This document shows, one piece after another, positions 39,427 through 48,565 of a stretch of DNA of 60,788 nt; position 1 is the first letter of the stretch, and each line of letters begins with the position of its first letter. The notes below the pieces were generated by a model. The model was given only the letters and a program-made list of their open reading frames with translations, was not told the DNA's origin and ran no database searches. Location: positions 1-60,788 of IMG/VR virus record IMGVR_UViG_3300046169_000125; one strand, written 5' to 3'. The position numbers were made by a program, and so were the translations under genes. This stretch comes from a virus (Duplodnaviria; Caudoviricetes).

Positions 39427-39998
39427 TAAAAAGGAACGTCTTCACTAGGCTCAGGGCTTTGACTTTCTTCTTTTTTGTTTGACTTGTAGTCTTTTAATTT
39501 TTTAAGCTCTTCTTTGCGGCGGTGGGAATATAAAGTATTTAAATAAAACTTTAAAAATTCACAAAGATTTTCTACCTCTCCAGGTTCAAGTGGAATTCTA
39601 AATGCTTGATTTCCGTTTCTGGTGAAATTTATTCCAAAGGCAGGAAGCGTTATCCATTCTTCTTTGTCTCCATTGCGAACTTTTGATTTCTTGTCCCAGG
39701 GAGCGCACTTGATTGTGGTTTTGTTTTCTTCGTAAGCGTGGTAAGATGAAAATTCATGACGTTTTTGAAACGCGCTAATCATTCCACCAATTTCGAATTC
39801 AGTAAATTTTAAATTAATTTTCTTTTCGGGGTCGCTAGCATTACCTGAGAAGTTTCCCGTTCTCCTCTTTTCGTCCCAACCGAATTGCTGAATTGCGTTG
39901 ACGTATACTACAGGCTCTTTCTTTTTATCGACCCCGATAGAAAAGTTAAATGCGCAACCTGTGTTTTTACTGTTTGGTTTATATATTGCTAGTGACAT
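39426..39998 (-). CDS. Hypothetical protein with SSB-like acidic C-terminal tail
   Basis: Beta-rich and basic (IYKPN...FNFS); ends PEPSEDVPF. Confidence 0.7.
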   Translation of the reverse strand: MSLAIYKPNSKNTGCAFNFSIGVDKKKEPVVYVNAIQQFGWDEKRRTGNFSGNASDPEKKINLKFTEFEIGGMISAFQKRHEFSSYHAYEENKTTIKCAPWDKKSKVRNGDKEEWITLPAFGINFTRNGNQAFRIPLEPGEVENLCEFLKFYLNTLYSHRRKEELKKLKDYKSNKKEESQSPEPSEDVPF

Positions 39999-40019
39999 AG
40001 TTTAATAATTTGTTTAATG

Positions 40020-40047
40020 ATTATATCAACTATGTTGTTTTTTTCAA
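40020..40047 (-). promoter_or_regulatory. Sigma70-type promoter with extended -10
   Basis: TTGAAA-16 nt-TATAAT with TGn, upstream of ATG 39998. Confidence 0.6.
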
Positions 40048-40866
40048 TTATATATCATTTATATGATGACACCAATCTTCTTCTGCTCGCAGGGAATCGT
40101 ATTTTCTGTAACTAGATGTCCATGTGCGACTAGGTAGATCGCGTATTCGAATAATGTCAAAGTGCTTTTTCATTTGTTCTTTTGAGCGATTTGGATCAGG
40201 TTTATCGCGGAATTTTAAAATAGGGTCAAAATAAGTTGATATGACTCCGTGTGCAATTAGTTGTTCTGGGCCAAGGGAGCCAATCCTATTCATAACGCAC
40301 CTCATGTAAGTGTACTCGAAAATCTCTTGCATCCTTTTTTTGTTGCCAGCTATTAGGTGGTCGGAAGGGTGAAATTTAAGTTGTGAGTCTCTGCGAAAAT
40401 AAATATTGGATGTTACGATTTTGTACCAATTTTGCGAATCTCTATTTGATTTAAGTATTTTTAGTAACGAATCAAGTAAGGGGTAACTTTCGTCAGATCG
40501 TGTTTTAATCGCAAAGTATCCAGTTGCTTCTTTTAATCCGTTATATGTTGTATGGTTTTGAAGTATAAGTGGATGCTTTTGGTTTGTACGTTTGGCTTTT
40601 CCAAAAATATCTTTGTAGTCGTTGACTATAATTTTTATTTTATCTTTATATGCGTCAAGCAATGATAGGTTATCATTGTTCCAACAGCTTACAATCACCT
40701 CTCCATACTTTAAGTAATTAGGGATGGTATCAATGCTTCTTTTGTTAAGTGGGCCCTGTATGATAATAGAAACTGTATCTTCATAAGCTTCTATTTTTTT
40801 TAATAAGCATTTATTAAACTCAAGCCACCAACGATCAAAGCGGCTAACATACGGCTCGTGGTTCAC
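40048..40866 (-). CDS. WavE-like polysaccharide synthesis protein
   Basis: IIIQGP, VIVSCW, Q..TT..GL, AIKTRSD, FHPSDH..AG. Confidence 0.65.
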   Translation of the reverse strand: MNHEPYVSRFDRWWLEFNKCLLKKIEAYEDTVSIIIQGPLNKRSIDTIPNYLKYGEVIVSCWNNDNLSLLDAYKDKIKIIVNDYKDIFGKAKRTNQKHPLILQNHTTYNGLKEATGYFAIKTRSDESYPLLDSLLKILKSNRDSQNWYKIVTSNIYFRRDSQLKFHPSDHLIAGNKKRMQEIFEYTYMRCVMNRIGSLGPEQLIAHGVISTYFDPILKFRDKPDPNRSKEQMKKHFDIIRIRDLPSRTWTSSYRKYDSLRAEEDWCHHINDI

Positions 40867-41285
40867 AATAAATAATCACCACACAATCCAAAGCAATTTT
40901 TACTAACATAATTTCTTGTGTCTTGCATAACTAAAACACTTTTTTGACAAACGCTCTTTTGTGGATATGTCCACACGTACCCTTTTGATGTTAATGTTCG
41001 GTCATCTTCTTGATGAAAGAAAATATTGAGTGAATCAAAATGTATTAATGTAAATAACGCTTCGTCGTTTTTGCAATGTATCCATAATTTGTTTTTGTTT
41101 TGTATGAGAAAACTTAGTGAGCATGGATACTGGGGGCTGTCGTGACCAAGCCATAGTTGTTTGTGTGCCCAAACGTCAACCTCTACATCGTATCCTTTAT
41201 CAATCGCTTCAATGATATACTTAGGATCATTTTCGCGCTCAGGGTTCGGGCCCTCAATGTTTCCTCTATGAGCTATTAATTTCAT
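40863..41285 (-). CDS. Glycerophosphodiester phosphodiesterase-like protein (short)
   Basis: IAHRGN, EN, DVEVDVW, LGHD, WIHCKN, LTSKG..WTYP, C.DY. Confidence 0.8.
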   Translation of the reverse strand: MKLIAHRGNIEGPNPERENDPKYIIEAIDKGYDVEVDVWAHKQLWLGHDSPQYPCSLSFLIQNKNKLWIHCKNDEALFTLIHFDSLNIFFHQEDDRTLTSKGYVWTYPQKSVCQKSVLVMQDTRNYVSKNCFGLCGDYLL

Positions 41286-42642
41286 ACTTCAAAAATAAGT
41301 CTAAATCTTCCGGGGTGCCAAGGCCCCACATTTTATCAATATGAAAAGTTTTAACTCTAGCGCCGCGAAGAAGTGCTTCATTATAAACAGGGCAAACATA
41401 AAATTCATTGTTTACTCGAATATCTTTTTCAATCATAGATTCTGCGCATTCAACATAATCTTTCCCACGCTTCCAGAAATAAATTCCAACTGTAGCATGC
41501 TTACTGATTGGTTTTTTTTCTGCTACTTCAGTAACAAAACCGTCCTCGTTTAATTTTGCGTAACTCCATTTTGGGTGAGTTGCTTCGAATGTCAATATTG
41601 ATCCATCAATGTCGTCAGCCATGCATGAGTACATGTATTCATTACTGTTCCAATTTACATACTGATCTGAGTTTGCAAGAACAAGCGGTTCGTCGTTGTT
41701 TATAAATTCTTTCGCGAGGAGTGTCGTGCACGCCGCGCCTTCAGTGATTCCTTCTACTTGTACAATTTCACAGTTTGGTGCAATTAAATTGAGTGTGTGT
41801 TGAAGCGCATACTTTTCGTAATGTTCTTTTTGCACAATAAATATATGTCTAGCATCCATGTTTAGGTTCTCAACAACTCTTTGAATCATTGGTTTACCAT
41901 TGACATCAATAAGAGGTTTTGGGAAAGTATACCCCGCCTGCTCAAATCGAGAGCCTGCACCTGCCATTGGAATTAATACGTTCATATTTCCTCCTTGCCA
42001 CTTGGGTTGTATGTGTGATCTTCGTTCTGCATTAATGATAGTATTGTGAACTTTATCAAATGTCAAATCGTTGCTATCAGTTACCGCGCAGAGATTAGCT
42101 CCTGAGCGTAGAGCTCCCTTTCTACCAATGTGCGAATCTTCAATGATAACTGTTTCATCTGGATTGACTGCACATCTCAACATACATCTCATATAAATTT
42201 CTGCATTTGGTTTTGGGCTTTGTACATCTTCGTTTGAATAAAGAAAGTCTATATGTTCAAAGAATCCTTTTCTTATGAGTTGTAATTTTGCTGTACTGCG
42301 TATAGAGTTGGTTGCGCATGCAATTGTATAATTTTGTTTTTTTAATTTTTTTAAAATTTCTTGTATTCGAGTGTCAATTGTAAAATTGTTAATTTCTTCA
42401 AGAGTTTTTTGTTGCTTCAATTTCCATACTTGATTGTGGCTAGATTTAGGCAATCCTTTTTCGCGAGTTAGTTTCGCTAGTTTTTGTGTTGTGGTTAACG
42501 CATCATACTTGCAGAGATGCTCTTCTTTACTTATAACATATTGCTCGCCAACGTCAGATAGCGCTCGATTCAATGCGATGAAGTGTAATTCGCGCGACTC
42601 AACGAGTACGCCATCAAGATCAAATATTATTAATTTTATCAT
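41266..42642 (-). CDS. HAD phosphatase + sugar nucleotidyltransferase (BcbE-like) fusion
   Basis: FDLDGVL, KP.AEIY, IEDS; then IPMAGAGSRF..GY..PKPLI, TEGAACT, NSDQ, EKKPIS, LGTPEDL. Confidence 0.9.
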   Translation of the reverse strand: MIKLIIFDLDGVLVESRELHFIALNRALSDVGEQYVISKEEHLCKYDALTTTQKLAKLTREKGLPKSSHNQVWKLKQQKTLEEINNFTIDTRIQEILKKLKKQNYTIACATNSIRSTAKLQLIRKGFFEHIDFLYSNEDVQSPKPNAEIYMRCMLRCAVNPDETVIIEDSHIGRKGALRSGANLCAVTDSNDLTFDKVHNTIINAERRSHIQPKWQGGNMNVLIPMAGAGSRFEQAGYTFPKPLIDVNGKPMIQRVVENLNMDARHIFIVQKEHYEKYALQHTLNLIAPNCEIVQVEGITEGAACTTLLAKEFINNDEPLVLANSDQYVNWNSNEYMYSCMADDIDGSILTFEATHPKWSYAKLNEDGFVTEVAEKKPISKHATVGIYFWKRGKDYVECAESMIEKDIRVNNEFYVCPVYNEALLRGARVKTFHIDKMWGLGTPEDLDLFLKYEINSS

Positions 42643-43373
42643 TTTATTAGTTTTGTTTTTAGGTTACCAAATTTTGTTGAACCTGTCAATACTGAATATT
42701 TTATGTTATTCATTTTTAGATACATTGTTAATATGCATTCGGGTATTTTGCACATGTAATCAGGGTATCCTTGGTTCCACATAAAATTTACAGGCTCTTC
42801 TATTTTATCAAAACAATTCATGTATTTTTTCATCTGTTTGGGGGCGCCAATTGCTATCTGATCATTGATTTGATTTGGCAATATCGCTTTCTCGTAAACA
42901 AAACTGAATGCAAATTCTTTTTTTAGTTCTTCGTCGTGGTCGTATATTTTATGACCTTCGTAAAATGGTAATTTTATATGCTTGCGACTGATTGCGTCCT
43001 TGATTTCATGCAGTTTTATTTGATTCAGTACATCCAGATCAGGACGAAGTCTGATCACAAGATCATAATCTTTTTTGTGAAGCTTGACGTAATCCTCAAA
43101 TACACCGAAGACTTTCTTCATTCCGAATGTCATGGGTTTGAGGCCCGACCAAATGTCGATCGTGGAACTCTTCATTTTGTGTTCATGGTTCGCATAATCA
43201 AGGGCTGAGAATCTAATTGGTTTATAGTGATTGCAAAAAGCTTGGTGATCTTCATTTTCCCATGTCGACAGAAAGATATCTGGTTTGAATGGTAAGATTA
43301 TATTCTCAAATATACTGTCTCTTGTGAGCTTCCATTCTCCAAGTTTACCACTAAAGCACAGAGCTACCTTCAT
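42639..43373 (-). CDS. Putative glycosyltransferase-like protein
   Basis: KVALCFSG, DIFLSTW, YDLVIRLRPD, NDQIAIG, PE..L; inside the sugar cluster. Confidence 0.6.
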   Translation of the reverse strand: MKVALCFSGKLGEWKLTRDSIFENIILPFKPDIFLSTWENEDHQAFCNHYKPIRFSALDYANHEHKMKSSTIDIWSGLKPMTFGMKKVFGVFEDYVKLHKKDYDLVIRLRPDLDVLNQIKLHEIKDAISRKHIKLPFYEGHKIYDHDEELKKEFAFSFVYEKAILPNQINDQIAIGAPKQMKKYMNCFDKIEEPVNFMWNQGYPDYMCKIPECILTMYLKMNNIKYSVLTGSTKFGNLKTKLIK

Positions 43374-43678
43374 GATTTGCCGCGAACTATCAGTTTGCCT
43401 CCATCAAGAACTAGGGTCTCAAGCTTTGTTGCGGTTCTATTGCAAGTCTTGAATCTTGATATGTGTTGAGCTTTTTTTAGTCGAGATAAACTAGCAGATA
43501 TCTTTCCATAAGACATACCACCAAGATCTTTACCGATTCTCTCGTTTGTAAAAAATATATTTTTACCATGACTAGCTTTAGTTACAAGATAATTGTAAAC
43601 TACGAGATCGTTTCCTATTAATTTTCCGCTAATTACATCTTCCTGAATAGCGCTTGGTATCTGTGTGAATTTTCTCAT
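43370..43678 (-). CDS. Winged helix-turn-helix DNA-binding protein
   Basis: FTQIP...VVYNYL...FFTNERIGKDLG.MS...ISASLSRL...HI, like the N-terminal wHTH of phage replication initiators. Confidence 0.7.
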   Translation of the reverse strand: MRKFTQIPSAIQEDVISGKLIGNDLVVYNYLVTKASHGKNIFFTNERIGKDLGGMSYGKISASLSRLKKAQHISRFKTCNRTATKLETLVLDGGKLIVRGKS

Positions 43679-43685
43679 GCAAATA

Positions 43686-43714
43686 ATACTAATTCAAAAA
43701 CTATGTTTTGTCAA
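43686..43714 (-). promoter_or_regulatory. Sigma70-type promoter, likely leaderless
   Basis: TTGACA-17 nt-TAGTAT, ATG 7 nt downstream. Confidence 0.7.
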
Positions 43715-43817
43715 ACAAAATTCAAAAAATTGAATCCTGGACATTCAATTAATTGTACAATGTTAATACAATACATATTCATAGATATATCTTAATTAAT
43801 ATATATAAATATAAGAA

Positions 43818-43846
43818 TTGACAAATTGATGAAATGTTGATATACT
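43818..43846 (+). promoter_or_regulatory. Sigma70-type promoter, likely leaderless
   Basis: TTGACA-17 nt-TATACT with TGn, ATG 43853 six nt downstream. Confidence 0.85.
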
Positions 43847-43852
43847 TGCTGT

Positions 43853-44149
43853 ATGAAAATTATAGATTTAAGTGATGGAAGATATTATATGATTCGTTGC
43901 TCTGACTGGTCAGTAGTAATCCAAGCTGAAGATGAAACCGAGGCCTGTACCGAAGCTCTCAGGGAGATGCTCGATCGGCGAGACAAGAACCTGAAACTAT
44001 CATCAGTCATGATTTCCCACGAGCTCAAGGCTGACGCAATGGAGGATGAATTCGATGACCTAATATCGTACCATAGCGTATCAAGAATGCTAGCTAACGC
44101 TGGATTACACGACCTATCATCTAATGTTAAGATGGTATTTGGCGCATAA
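43853..44149 (+). CDS. Hypothetical protein
   Basis: 98-aa ORF directly after a consensus promoter, coupled to the next gene. Confidence 0.75.
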   Translation: MKIIDLSDGRYYMIRCSDWSVVIQAEDETEACTEALREMLDRRDKNLKLSSVMISHELKADAMEDEFDDLISYHSVSRMLANAGLHDLSSNVKMVFGA

Positions 44150-44151
44150 TT

Positions 44152-44700
44152 ATGAAACTCATAGGAATATGTGGCTTAGCTAGATGTGGTAAGGATAGTT
44201 TATTCGACCTATCAAAACCATTCTTCGATTCCGCAGGTAAGAAATACAAAAGGTACGCGTTCGCGGACTCATTAAAAAAAGAAGCAGATGAACTACTCTC
44301 AAAGTATGTTGGTATATCTGCCTTTACGGAAGATACATCTCAAAAGCAAACAATAAGACCATTTTTGGTTACATACGGAACTCACGTTCGAAGAAAATTA
44401 AATAAGAATTGTTGGATCGACAAAATCAAAGATGATGTTCTTAGGGATCTAAGTAGCGAAGTTTATGTATTTGTAACAGATGTTCGATTCGAAAACGAGA
44501 TTGATTGGATTCATGAGATGGGCGGAGAGGCAATACATATCACTAGAACGGGTAATGTAGCACCAAACCAAGAGGAGTTAGATAACGACCCCATACTCAA
44601 AAATAAATCAAGAAACCATATTGAATGGAGTGATTTCGATCTTGAAAACATGGAAGAAATATCGAATAAAGTAAATCAAGTGTTATCATCTATATTATGA
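44152..44700 (+). CDS. Deoxynucleoside monophosphate kinase (T4 gp1-like)
   Basis: GICGLARCGKD P-loop, AFADSLK, R.FL..YG, W, VTDVRFENE. Confidence 0.85.
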   Translation: MKLIGICGLARCGKDSLFDLSKPFFDSAGKKYKRYAFADSLKKEADELLSKYVGISAFTEDTSQKQTIRPFLVTYGTHVRRKLNKNCWIDKIKDDVLRDLSSEVYVFVTDVRFENEIDWIHEMGGEAIHITRTGNVAPNQEELDNDPILKNKSRNHIEWSDFDLENMEEISNKVNQVLSSIL

Positions 44701-45293
44701 ATGAAAACCTAGAAGATTCACAGCTCATCCAAAATATTCAAAAACAAATTGATGTTGAAGACAGTCTTGAGGAATTAGTTAATAGGCACAGCGGCATCTA
44801 TCTCGAGATGGTCAATAATTACGCAAGTCCAAACAATCCCTTTATTGATTACAACGAATTAATACAAGATAAGGAATATAAAATATATAACGCCGCCAAG
44901 AAATATGACCCAGATCGAGGTGCGAAATTTAGCACTTATCTTGGCAATGAAACTAAATGGATGTGTTTAAATTTATATAACAGAAACAAGCGTCGCCCAG
45001 CATTCCAAAACGAGTTCATAGAAAATATGCCTGAAAACAATAATTTTAATGAAGACACAATATCTGAGAGCATTAAGCAAGATCTGTTCAATAAAGTATT
45101 GGGCGTAATAAAAGAACATCCCGATACTAGGGTTGAAAAAATATTTGAAATGAGATACATTATTGGCACAAAAAATAAAGTTATGCCATGGAAAAAAATA
45201 GGAGAATCAATGAATTTAAGCATACAGGGTTGTATCAACATCCACAACTCTGCAATAGAACACATACAACACGAATTATTAGAAGAATTATGA
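44697..45293 (+). CDS. Phage-encoded sigma70-family RNA polymerase sigma factor
   Basis: Region 2 AAKKYDPDRGAKFSTY; region 4 FEMRY...WKKIGESMNLS.QGC..IH. Confidence 0.85.
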   Translation: MNENLEDSQLIQNIQKQIDVEDSLEELVNRHSGIYLEMVNNYASPNNPFIDYNELIQDKEYKIYNAAKKYDPDRGAKFSTYLGNETKWMCLNLYNRNKRRPAFQNEFIENMPENNNFNEDTISESIKQDLFNKVLGVIKEHPDTRVEKIFEMRYIIGTKNKVMPWKKIGESMNLSIQGCINIHNSAIEHIQHELLEEL

Positions 45294-45691
45294 ACAAATA
45301 TATAGCATTAGGAAATTTAACGCGCGACCCAAAGTTCCGCGAAATCAAAGGAGATAATAAAGTTTGCGACTTCGCAGTTGCAATTAACAATAAAGTTAAT
45401 AATAGCGTCTTTTATATTGACGTAGAGACATGGAATAGCGTAGCAGAAAACTGCAACCGCTTCTTAAGTAAGGGAAGAAAAGTATTGGTCGAAGGAAGAC
45501 TCGCTTCAAGCAGCTGGAAGACGAAAGATGGAGAAAATCGCACTCGAACATATTGTGTTGCAGAAAAAGTAACATTTCTTGATAAGTCTGAAGATTCTTC
45601 CAGCTCAGGACAATCAAGCACCAAAGAACCTCAAGCCAAAGAACCTCAAGCCGAAGAAGCTGACGACGAATTTTCAGATATTCCATTCTGA
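45290..45691 (+). CDS. ssb: Single-stranded DNA-binding protein
   Basis: MNK...GNLTRDP, KGRKVLVEGRL, W..KDG, C-terminal DDEFSDIPF; true start ATG 45290. Confidence 0.95.
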   Translation: MNKYIALGNLTRDPKFREIKGDNKVCDFAVAINNKVNNSVFYIDVETWNSVAENCNRFLSKGRKVLVEGRLASSSWKTKDGENRTRTYCVAEKVTFLDKSEDSSSSGQSSTKEPQAKEPQAEEADDEFSDIPF

Positions 45692-45692
45692 T

Positions 45693-46748
45693 ATGAATAG
45701 ACTAATATACAAAGGACCACTAAACTCATTGTCATTTGGCAATGTATCCTACAATCTACTCAAGGCAATGTTCAAAAAAAATATGGATGTTGCGTTGTTT
45801 CCCATTGGAAAGATTGATGTTAGTTCATTTGGAGAGGAGAAAGATGACTTCAGGAAGTGGCTTGAAGAATCCGGCAAACAGAGATACTCAAAACTAGATA
45901 TTGATACGCCCACTCTACAAATGTGGCATCTCAATGGATCTGAACACAGAGTTTCCTCTCGGCAAATACTTTATACTTTTTACGAACTAGACGAACCAAC
46001 ACAATCAGAGAAAAAGCTTGCCTCGTTTCAAGATAAAGTTGTATTCAGTAGTAGCTACGCGGCAAGCAAATTTGATAACGCCCACAGTGCACCACTTGGA
46101 TTTGATGAATCATTTCATAAAACAAACAAAACATACATGCCAAATAAAATACATTTTGGCTTGATGGGTAAGTTTGAAAAAAGAAAACATACAGAAAAGA
46201 TCATACAATCCTGGATTAAAAAGTATGGAAACAATTATGACTATCAATTGACATGCTGCATTACCAATCCATTCTTTAAGAAAGAACAAATGGAAAGTGC
46301 TATCTCGAATATCACAAAAGGAAAAAGATATGGAAATATAAATTTCCTTCCGTTTCTACCGCAAAACTCACAAGTAAATGATTTCCTAAACTCAATAGAT
46401 ATTGATCTTGGAGGAATGAGTGGCGCAGAAGGATGGAACCTACCATCTTTTAACGCAACCTGCTTGGGCAAGTGGAGCGTGGTATTAAATGCAAGCAGTC
46501 ACACTGATTGGGCGACACAAAAAAATAGCATACTGGTTGAGCCAAGTGGAACAGAGCCCGTGTATGATAACATATTCTTCCATCAAGGCGGTGACTTCAA
46601 TCAAGGAAACATACATACATTTGATACAGATGAGTTTATATCAGCTATGGAAAAAGCAGAAACAAAATGTAAAATAAATAACAGTGAAGGTGAAAAATTA
46701 AAACAAACCTTTACTTATGAAAATACATTAAATAAAATTCTAGAATAA
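45693..46748 (+). CDS. GT4-like glycosyltransferase
   Basis: NSLSFG, YTFYE, PLGFD, GKFEKRK, SGAEGWNLP; start ATG 45693. Confidence 0.8.
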   Translation: MNRLIYKGPLNSLSFGNVSYNLLKAMFKKNMDVALFPIGKIDVSSFGEEKDDFRKWLEESGKQRYSKLDIDTPTLQMWHLNGSEHRVSSRQILYTFYELDEPTQSEKKLASFQDKVVFSSSYAASKFDNAHSAPLGFDESFHKTNKTYMPNKIHFGLMGKFEKRKHTEKIIQSWIKKYGNNYDYQLTCCITNPFFKKEQMESAISNITKGKRYGNINFLPFLPQNSQVNDFLNSIDIDLGGMSGAEGWNLPSFNATCLGKWSVVLNASSHTDWATQKNSILVEPSGTEPVYDNIFFHQGGDFNQGNIHTFDTDEFISAMEKAETKCKINNSEGEKLKQTFTYENTLNKILE

Positions 46749-47092
46749 TGCCGCTTTATACATACGAACATCCTGAAACAGGAGAAACTCTTGATTTACT
46801 TCAATCAATGAAAGATGAGCACATCTATATTGATAAAGAGGGAGTGAAGTGGAATAGGGTATTTTATAGTCCTGAAGCTGCCATAGATAGCAGTATTGAT
46901 CCATTCAGCAATCAAGCTTTCGTTGAAAAAACCGGAAATTCAAAAGGTACAGTTGGCGAACTGATGGATAGAAGCAATGAAATGAGTCAGAGACGCACAG
47001 ATAAACTTGGCTACGATCCAATGAGACAAAAATACTTTAAGGAATATAGCAAGAAAAGGAACGGTATCAAACATCGCCTAGATAAGGGTTAA
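46748..47092 (+). CDS. FmdB-like regulatory protein lacking Zn-binding cysteines
   Basis: MPLYTYEHPETGE...QSM...W.RVF pattern. Confidence 0.55.
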   Translation: MPLYTYEHPETGETLDLLQSMKDEHIYIDKEGVKWNRVFYSPEAAIDSSIDPFSNQAFVEKTGNSKGTVGELMDRSNEMSQRRTDKLGYDPMRQKYFKEYSKKRNGIKHRLDKG

Positions 47093-47098
47093 AAAAAA

Positions 47099-47106
47099 GT
47101 GTAATA
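47099..47106 (+). promoter_or_regulatory. Putative late promoter GTGTAATA
   Basis: After an A-tract, 17 nt before ATG 47116. Confidence 0.65.
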
Positions 47107-47115
47107 GTTTCTGAA

Positions 47116-48150
47116 ATGCCAGAAACTAACATTCATAGCCACAATCCGTGTTATACGGATATAATAAAACTTGACTATCCTACCCCAGGCCCCTCTTTTA
47201 ATTACAACTGGAATTTAGAAAGTCAAAGATGGGAACCTGCAGTAGGGGTAACTATTGATAATGTTAATATTGATAGTTTAGATATTGATTTTTCTGACAC
47301 AAACCAGATACTATCTTTAATATCAGATCAGGTATCTGGATTATCTGGAGTAATAGGAAATTTAAATCTCTCAGGTTTATCGAGTACGTCCACAGCTATA
47401 TCTGGGTCGATACAAGATCAAGAAACTCACAGGTTATTATCTGGACTATCTGGTCAATTTGACTCAATAAACGACCAAGAAACACACAGATTACTCTCGG
47501 GCGTATCTGGACAATTATCGAATTTATCAATATCTACAGACTCCTATAGATTATCAACAAAAACCGTAAACCTAAAAATAGAAGAAGATTTTATACTTCT
47601 CGAAAACATTCCAGATCAAGACAGATTTGGAAATGTAACCGGAAATACTTACGGAATTGATAGATTTGTAATGAACGACATATTCAATACCCACTATCAA
47701 AATGGAAGAACAAACCCCAGTACCCCAGAAACAGGTCATGTTAATTACTTCCTCCATTCAGAAAGTACAGACCCTGATAGAAGTACAGATTCCATACATA
47801 CTTTTCATAGCGACACGTTACATAGCATGCGTTTTGAAAATGACTCAGCTAGTTCAATAAATTCCTACGAACTAAAAGATTTCACAAGTTTATATGAGAG
47901 TGGTCTTGCCCAGAGCATATTATTAATCAATGAATCTAGTTACCCCATAAAATTCCACACTATAGATGAAGACTTTAAGAAACATCAACTAGATGATCCA
48001 GAAAATACAAACCTTATAACATTATACGGAGGAAGCTCGGTTGAGATAGATAGTGATGAAGCTCAAAAAATATACATTAAAAGACCGCACACAATATCGG
48101 GCTTTATGATGAAATACACAATTACTTACAGAGAAAAAATAAATAAGTAA
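47116..48150 (+). CDS. Putative virion protein with Ser-Gly-rich segment
   Basis: Late motif; VSGLSG...LSGLSG; 19-aa internal duplication (DQETHRLLSG.SGQ). Confidence 0.7.
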   Translation: MPETNIHSHNPCYTDIIKLDYPTPGPSFNYNWNLESQRWEPAVGVTIDNVNIDSLDIDFSDTNQILSLISDQVSGLSGVIGNLNLSGLSSTSTAISGSIQDQETHRLLSGLSGQFDSINDQETHRLLSGVSGQLSNLSISTDSYRLSTKTVNLKIEEDFILLENIPDQDRFGNVTGNTYGIDRFVMNDIFNTHYQNGRTNPSTPETGHVNYFLHSESTDPDRSTDSIHTFHSDTLHSMRFENDSASSINSYELKDFTSLYESGLAQSILLINESSYPIKFHTIDEDFKKHQLDDPENTNLITLYGGSSVEIDSDEAQKIYIKRPHTISGFMMKYTITYREKINK

Positions 48151-48152
48151 AT

Positions 48153-48542
48153 ATGAAATTCCAACAAGTAAGAAACCCACTAACGGAAGTTGAACCGGGA
48201 AAATTTGTTATAGGAAATGACCCTTTAAACCCTGAACTTATAGTGGGTGGTGGAGAGATCGAAATACCATCTACCCTAAAAATAGAAGGAATTGACTTTA
48301 AGGAATATATTACTGGAGACGTAATAGTAAGTAACACAATTTTAAATAATTATACATCCGGAAGGCATACGCTAGAAGAGGCTTTTGAGCTGGATGCAGA
48401 AGGGGACATTGTTCCATCCAATGCTCAACACATATCTGATTCTATGTGGACACTAAGAAGTGATAATGATCTTGAGTTAAAAAATAATTTATGGAGATAT
48501 AACACTGGTCCAGACGCATTTACAGACGAGATATCATTCTAG
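48153..48542 (+). CDS. Hypothetical (putative virion) protein
   Basis: 129 aa, acidic; FELDAEGDIVP / W.L..DNDL repeats; coupled to the previous gene. Confidence 0.7.
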   Translation: MKFQQVRNPLTEVEPGKFVIGNDPLNPELIVGGGEIEIPSTLKIEGIDFKEYITGDVIVSNTILNNYTSGRHTLEEAFELDAEGDIVPSNAQHISDSMWTLRSDNDLELKNNLWRYNTGPDAFTDEISF

Positions 48543-48551
48543 ATATATTTT

Positions 48552-48559
48552 GTGTAATA
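48552..48559 (+). promoter_or_regulatory. Putative late promoter GTGTAATA
   Basis: After a T-tract, 14 nt before ATG 48566. Confidence 0.7.
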
Positions 48560-48565
48560 AATAAG

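Noticed and set aside
45621-45650. 15-bp tandem duplication (KEPQA x2) in ssb
   Set aside because: Ordinary slippage in the disordered SSB linker
45188-45692. Upstream extensions of ssb (45188) and GT4 (45579); similarly 3434 and 56528
   Set aside because: They overlap neighbouring genes extensively; family-typical starts lie downstream
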